From: Scyliorhinus canicula
Lineage: Eukaryota
Assembly: GCF_902713615.1 (NCBI RefSeq)
Contig: NC_052169.1
Location: 4,118,915 to 4,182,914, forward strand
Length of the DNA: 64,000 nt
Direction: 5' to 3'
The translations under genes were made by a program, and so were the position numbers. The notes under the pieces are model-generated. The model was not told the DNA's origin and ran no database searches. It saw nothing but the letters and a program-made list of their open reading frames with translations. Below, piece by piece: positions 59,301-64,000 of this stretch (position 1 is the stretch's first letter; each line of letters begins with the position of its first letter).

Positions 59301-60069
59301 TGGGCTTACTTTTGTCAAGAAATGTTCTCTACTACAAAAAGCTGTAACCAAAGAAGTGTCATCTGATGGTGAAAAATCTCAATATGAATGGTAACTGACG
59401 CTACCAGTGTGGGTTGCTGTGATTTTACCAGTTTGTAAGAGCTTTGAAGTTGGTTTTGTGATTTTTGCTTCCATCTATAGATGTGCTGCGTCCTCTGTAA
59501 TGACATTATAACCATCCCCTCCCAAGTTGGTGTCACCATATTAGTTTGAAAGCAACTTTTAGATAAATAATAATAATCGCTTATTGTCACAAGAAGGCTT
59601 CAATTAGGTTACTGTGAAAAGCCCCTAGTCGCCACATTCCGATGCCTGGGGACGCCGGTAAGGGAATTGAACCTGTGCTGCTGGCCTTATTCTGCATTAC
59701 AAGCCAGCTGTTTAGCCCACTCTGCTAATCCAGCCCGATTTTTCTATTGGAAACTGAAGAGCAATTCAACACAAACCCCTATTTTCATTAGAGGTCACTT
59801 TTGCGTCCCAAGGTGAGGGAAGCCAGGATATAGATCAGTGATGAGGTGATTGAAACGTGGAACCAGGTGGCACAGTGGTTAGCACTGCTGCCTCCCAGCG
59901 CCAGGGACCTGGGTTGAATTGCAGCCTTGGGTGGAGTTTGGTGGGTTGGCCACGCTAAGTTGCCATTAGAGTCGAACGGTTGGGTGGGGGAGGTGAGGCT
60001 GCCCTTTCAGACCTCTGCTGCACTGCAGGGATTGAATGGAGGGGCTGAATGGCCTGCTGCTGTGGGAAG

Positions 60070-60190
60070 GGGTGACGCGGCGCCGGCCGTGCGTGTCCAG
60101 GCGGTGAGGTCATGTCTGGTTTGCGCCGTGACGTTTGGAGGACGTGACCAATGGGAGCTCCCGGCGGTTGGAAAGTTTGAATCGAAAGAG
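60070..60190 (+). promoter_or_regulatory. Cell-cycle (G2/M) promoter: CCAAT box and CHR element
   Basis: CCAAT 60148-60152, TTTGAA 60176-60181, CRE-like TGACG half sites, CpG-rich. Confidence 0.62.
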
Positions 60191-60229
60191 GAGCAACCGT
60201 CACTGAGAGAGAGAGGGTCACACAGACTG

Positions 60230-60580
60230 AGAGAGACAGCACCGGGACCGGGGGAGAGAGCACCGCGAGAGACAGCACCGGGACCGGGGGAGAGAGAGAC
60301 AGCACCGGGACCGGGGGAGAGAGCACCGCGAGAGACAGCACCGGGACCGGGGGAGAGAGAGACAGCACCGGGACCGGGGGAGAGAGCACCGCGAGAGACA
60401 GCACCGGGACCGGGGGAGAGAGAGACAGCACCGGGACCGGGGGAGAGAGAGACAGCACCGGGACCGGGGGAGAGAGAGACAGCACCGGGACCGGGGGAGA
60501 GAGAGACAGCACCGGGACCGGGGGAGAGAGAGACAGCACCGGGACCGGGGGAGAGAGAGACAGCACCGGGACCGGGAGAG
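60230..60580 (+). repeat. 27/36-bp minisatellite between the CHR and the putative PRC1 ATG
   Basis: gagagacagcaccgggaccgggggaga repeats. Confidence 0.95.
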
Positions 60581-60718
60581 TCAGCGCTGAGAGAGTCACT
60601 CCGGGGCCCGGAGACACTGAGAGACAACAGCGAGAGGGAGAGACCGGGACCTGCACCGGGACCGGGCGGTTATTTGCCGGTTACACGGCGCCGCGGGAGG
60701 AGCGGCTCCAACTGCGGG

Positions 60719-60732
60719 ATGATGAGGAGAAG
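60719..60732 (+). CDS. PRC1: Probable PRC1 (protein regulator of cytokinesis 1) first coding exon, (M)MRR-S; remainder not found in the window
   Basis: ATG ATG AGG AGA AG|gtgag in a CpG island. Vertebrate PRC1 begins MRRS with a very short first coding exon and lies directly downstream of VPS33B in mammals. G2/M promoter motifs lie upstream. Confidence 0.72.
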
Positions 60733-60759
60733 GTGAGAGATCCCAGCCCCCAAATATAC

Positions 60760-61915
60760 CCAAACCACTGCCCCCCCCCCCCCCAAACCACTGCCCCCCC
60801 CCCCCCCAAACCACTGCCCCCCCCCCCCCAAACCACTGCCCCCCCCCCCAAACCACTGACTCACCCCCCCCCCAAACCACTGACTCACCCCCCCCCCCCC
60901 CAAACCACTGACTCACCCCCCCCAAACCACTGACTCACCCCCCCAAACCACTGACTCACCCCCCCAAACCACTGACTCACCCCCCCCAAACCACTGACCC
61001 CCACCCTAAACACTGACCCCCCCCCCAAACCACTGACCCCCCCCCCGAACCACTGACCCCCCCCCCCCGAACCACTGACCCCCCCCCCCCCCAAGACACT
61101 GACCCCCCCCAAAAGACACTGAACCCCCCCCAGGACACTGACCCCCCCCCCCCCCCCCAGGACACTGACCCCCCCCCCCCCAGGACACTGACCCCCCCCC
61201 CCCAGGACACTGACCCCCCCCCCCCCCCCCCAGGACACTGACACCCCCCCCCCAGGACACTGACCCCACCCCCCCCCCCCCCCAGGACACTGACCCCCCC
61301 CCCAAGACACTGACACCCCCCCCCCAGACACTGACACACACACCCCCCCCCCCCCCAGACACTGACACCCCCCCCCCCCCCAGACACTGACACCCCCCCC
61401 CCCGCAGACACTGACACCCCCCCCCAAGGACACTGACCCCCCCCCCCCCCCCCCCCCGGACACTGACACCCCCCCCCCCCCCCCCCCCAGGACGCTGACC
61501 CCCCCCCCCCCCCCCCCCCAAGGACACTGACACCCCCCCCCCGGACACTCACCCCCCCCCCCCCCCCCCCCGGACACTGACACCCCCCCCCCCCCCAGGA
61601 CACTGACCCCCCCCCCCCCCCCCCCCAAGGACACTGACACCCCCCCCCCCCCCCCCGGGACACTGACACCCCCCCCCCCCCGGGACACTGACACCCCCCC
61701 CCCCCCCCCCCCCCCGGGACACTGACACCCACCCCCCCGGTCACTGACACTTCCCTTACCCCCTCCCCCCTAAAAACCCCACTCCCGGATACTGAACACA
61801 CACTCCCTGAACCCCTGGGACACATCCCTCCCCTAAACCCTGGAAAACACTGACCCCCTCCCCTAACCCCTGGGATACTGACCCCCCCCCCCCCCAAAAC
61901 CGCCAGGACACTGAC
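60760..61915 (+). repeat. C-rich minisatellite (acactgac/ccactgac + poly-C) in putative PRC1 intron 1
   Basis: Short conserved core alternating with variable poly-C tracts. Confidence 0.95.
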
Positions 61916-62689
61916 GACTCCCAGCCACCAAAGCCCCAGTTTAGACAGTTGGTATTAGCAATTTTAAATAAAGATATGTGTAATATTGAAGTTGTTGGGC
62001 TGAAGAAATTGAGTTTCTGGGAATTGATCCATTGGCAAAGATATTTGTAAATTTCACAGCAAGGCAGGAATTTGCTTAGACTGACATTTTCATTACTTTG
62101 AAATCGACCACAACTGAGGCTCCTTGTTTTGCTTTCTCTGAATTTGGAGACTGGAGTACTGTATCACAAATAGAAAATATTTTCATGTGAACTTGTGAAT
62201 TCTTGACTGCTACATAACTATAATTGATATCTAAAAAGATTTCTGAATTCATAATGACTGCATAAGTAAACTGTAAACCACAGTGTATCCGGGGGCGATT
62301 GCGAAGTAAATATGATGCATCAAACATGCTTGTTTTGGGTTTTTCAACAGGACATTGATTTCACATTAAAATGTTGCCGAAAATTCACACAGGATTAATG
62401 GCCCTTATTCAACAGGCAAAATGTTTCCCTTGCCTTAAATTTGATTCTGTAGTTTCTCTCCTATTCCTCTTATGCCCTGTCTGAAATCATCTGTGCGGAG
62501 TCTGCACGTTCTCCCCGTGTCTGCGTGGGTTCCCTCCGGGTGCTCCGGTTTCCTCCCACAAGTCCCGAAAGATGCGCTGTTAGGTAATTTGGACATTCTG
62601 AATTCTCCCTCTGTGTATCCGAACAGGTGCCGGATTATGGCTTTTCACTTATTAATAAATACAAATTAACTTGGTGTCTCAGAATTACT

Positions 62690-63240
62690 TCCAATATTTT
62701 CCCCATCATGAGGTTAGACTGATTGGCCTGTAGTTTCCTAGTTTATCCCTTCTTGAATAATGGCACCACATTGACTATCCTCCGCCGGCACCTTTCCTGT
62801 GGCCAGAGAGGAATTGAAAACCATTGCCAGTGCCCCTGCTATTTCCTCACTTGCCTCGCTCAACAGCCTGGGATACATTTCATCTGGTCCTGGAGGATTG
62901 TCTATTTTTAAGCCTGACAGACCACACAAAACCTCCTCTCTGGTAATCTCTTTAATTTTATCACTGTCCTTCTCCCTGATTTCTATACCCACACCAGCCC
63001 TTTCACTAGTGAGCACTGACACAAAGTATTCATTTATAACCCTACCCATGTCCTCTGGCTCTACTCACAAATTACTAGTGTGGTCCTTAATGGGCCCTTT
63101 CCCTAGTTATCGTTTTACCCTTCATGTACTTGCAAAACAACTTTGTTTCTTCCTGCTAGTATTCTTTCATGTCCCCTTTTTGTTCTCCTAATTTCCATTT
63201 TAAATTCCCATTTGCACATTCTATAGGCCTCGCGGCTTCT
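62690..63240 (-). mobile_element. CR1 LINE internal fragment
   Basis: INEYFVSVLT...PGPDEMYPRLL...FNSSLATGKVP. Confidence 0.8.
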
Positions 63241-64000
63241 GCTCTTGTGAGTTGGCAGCACGGTAGCATTGTGGATAGCACAATTGCTTCACAGCTCCAG
63301 GTTCCCAGGTTTGATTCCGGTTTGGGTCACTGTCTGTGCGGAGTCTGCACATCCTCCCCGTGTGTGTGTGGGTTTCCTCCGGGTGCTCCGGTTTCCTCCC
63401 ACAGTCCAAAGATGTGCAGGTTAGGTGGATTGGCCGTGATAAATTGCCCTTGGGGTCCAAAATTGCCCTTAGTGTTGGGTGCGGTTGCTGGGTTATGGGG
63501 ATAGGGTGGAGGTGTTGACCTTGGGTAGGATGCTCTTTCCAAGAGCCGATGCAGACTCGATGGGCCGAATGGCCTCCTTCTGCACTGTAAATTCTATGAT
63601 AATCTATGAGTTGCTGAACGTTTAGAGAATTTTCTCTTGAGTTATTGGGGAGACCACAAACTTTGGATGTTTGGCACTGATTCTATTCTCCCTGGCCATG
63701 GTCTCTAATTGAAACAGACAACCTCCGCTTCCATTCCAAACTGAACTTTGACACCATATTGTCTCACTAAGATCAACAGTTCAAAGCTTCCTCTGTCTCC
63801 TGCTTTTTAACCTCAACATCTATCTTAGCTGTAACTCATCTAGGGTTTTCAAACCTCCAGATTCAACTGCTTGAATGATCTGACCAACTTTCCATCTTCT
63901 GTAAACATCAGCAGATCCAAAATTTTGGTGCCTGTCCCATATCCTGCATTAATTACTTCAGTTTTCCAATGCCTTCAGCATTAAATTTTAGCCCATCTTT

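Noticed and set aside
59927-61897. Long Pro/Gly-rich ORFs on both strands
   Set aside because: Minisatellite and poly-C translations

Overview
Eukaryotic, repeat-rich vertebrate DNA, almost certainly from an elasmobranch (shark). The evidence is abundant HE1-like V-SINEs with a CR1 partner, Deu-type SINEs, Penelope-like inverted repeats and L1/Tx1 LINEs. Four spliced protein-coding genes lie in tandem on the + strand: NGRN (3 exons, 5004-8436, 289 aa), HDDC3/MESH1 (4 exons, 11300-16168, 188 aa), VPS33B (23 exons, 20297-54312) and a probable first exon of PRC1 (60719/60722-60732) with a CCAAT + CHR cell-cycle promoter. VPS33B exons 7, 8 and 11 contain four 1-bp indels that most likely reflect a locally inaccurate consensus. 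Most long ORFs in the ORF track are minisatellite or SINE artefacts. The most notable non-coding observations are: (1) minimal dimer-type hammerhead ribozymes in two Penelope-like families, one with a compensatory U3-A8 core; (2) one V-SINE core carrying three different 3' tails, one matched to a CR1 3' end inside the window; (3) a possible in-frame NGRN-to-HDDC3 splice route; (4) G-rich minisatellites bracketing promoters; (5) a SINE insertion that duplicates the putative HDDC3 poly(A) signal. No prokaryote-type system (CRISPR, operon) is present. Gene and family names come from my recognition of motifs, not from database searches.
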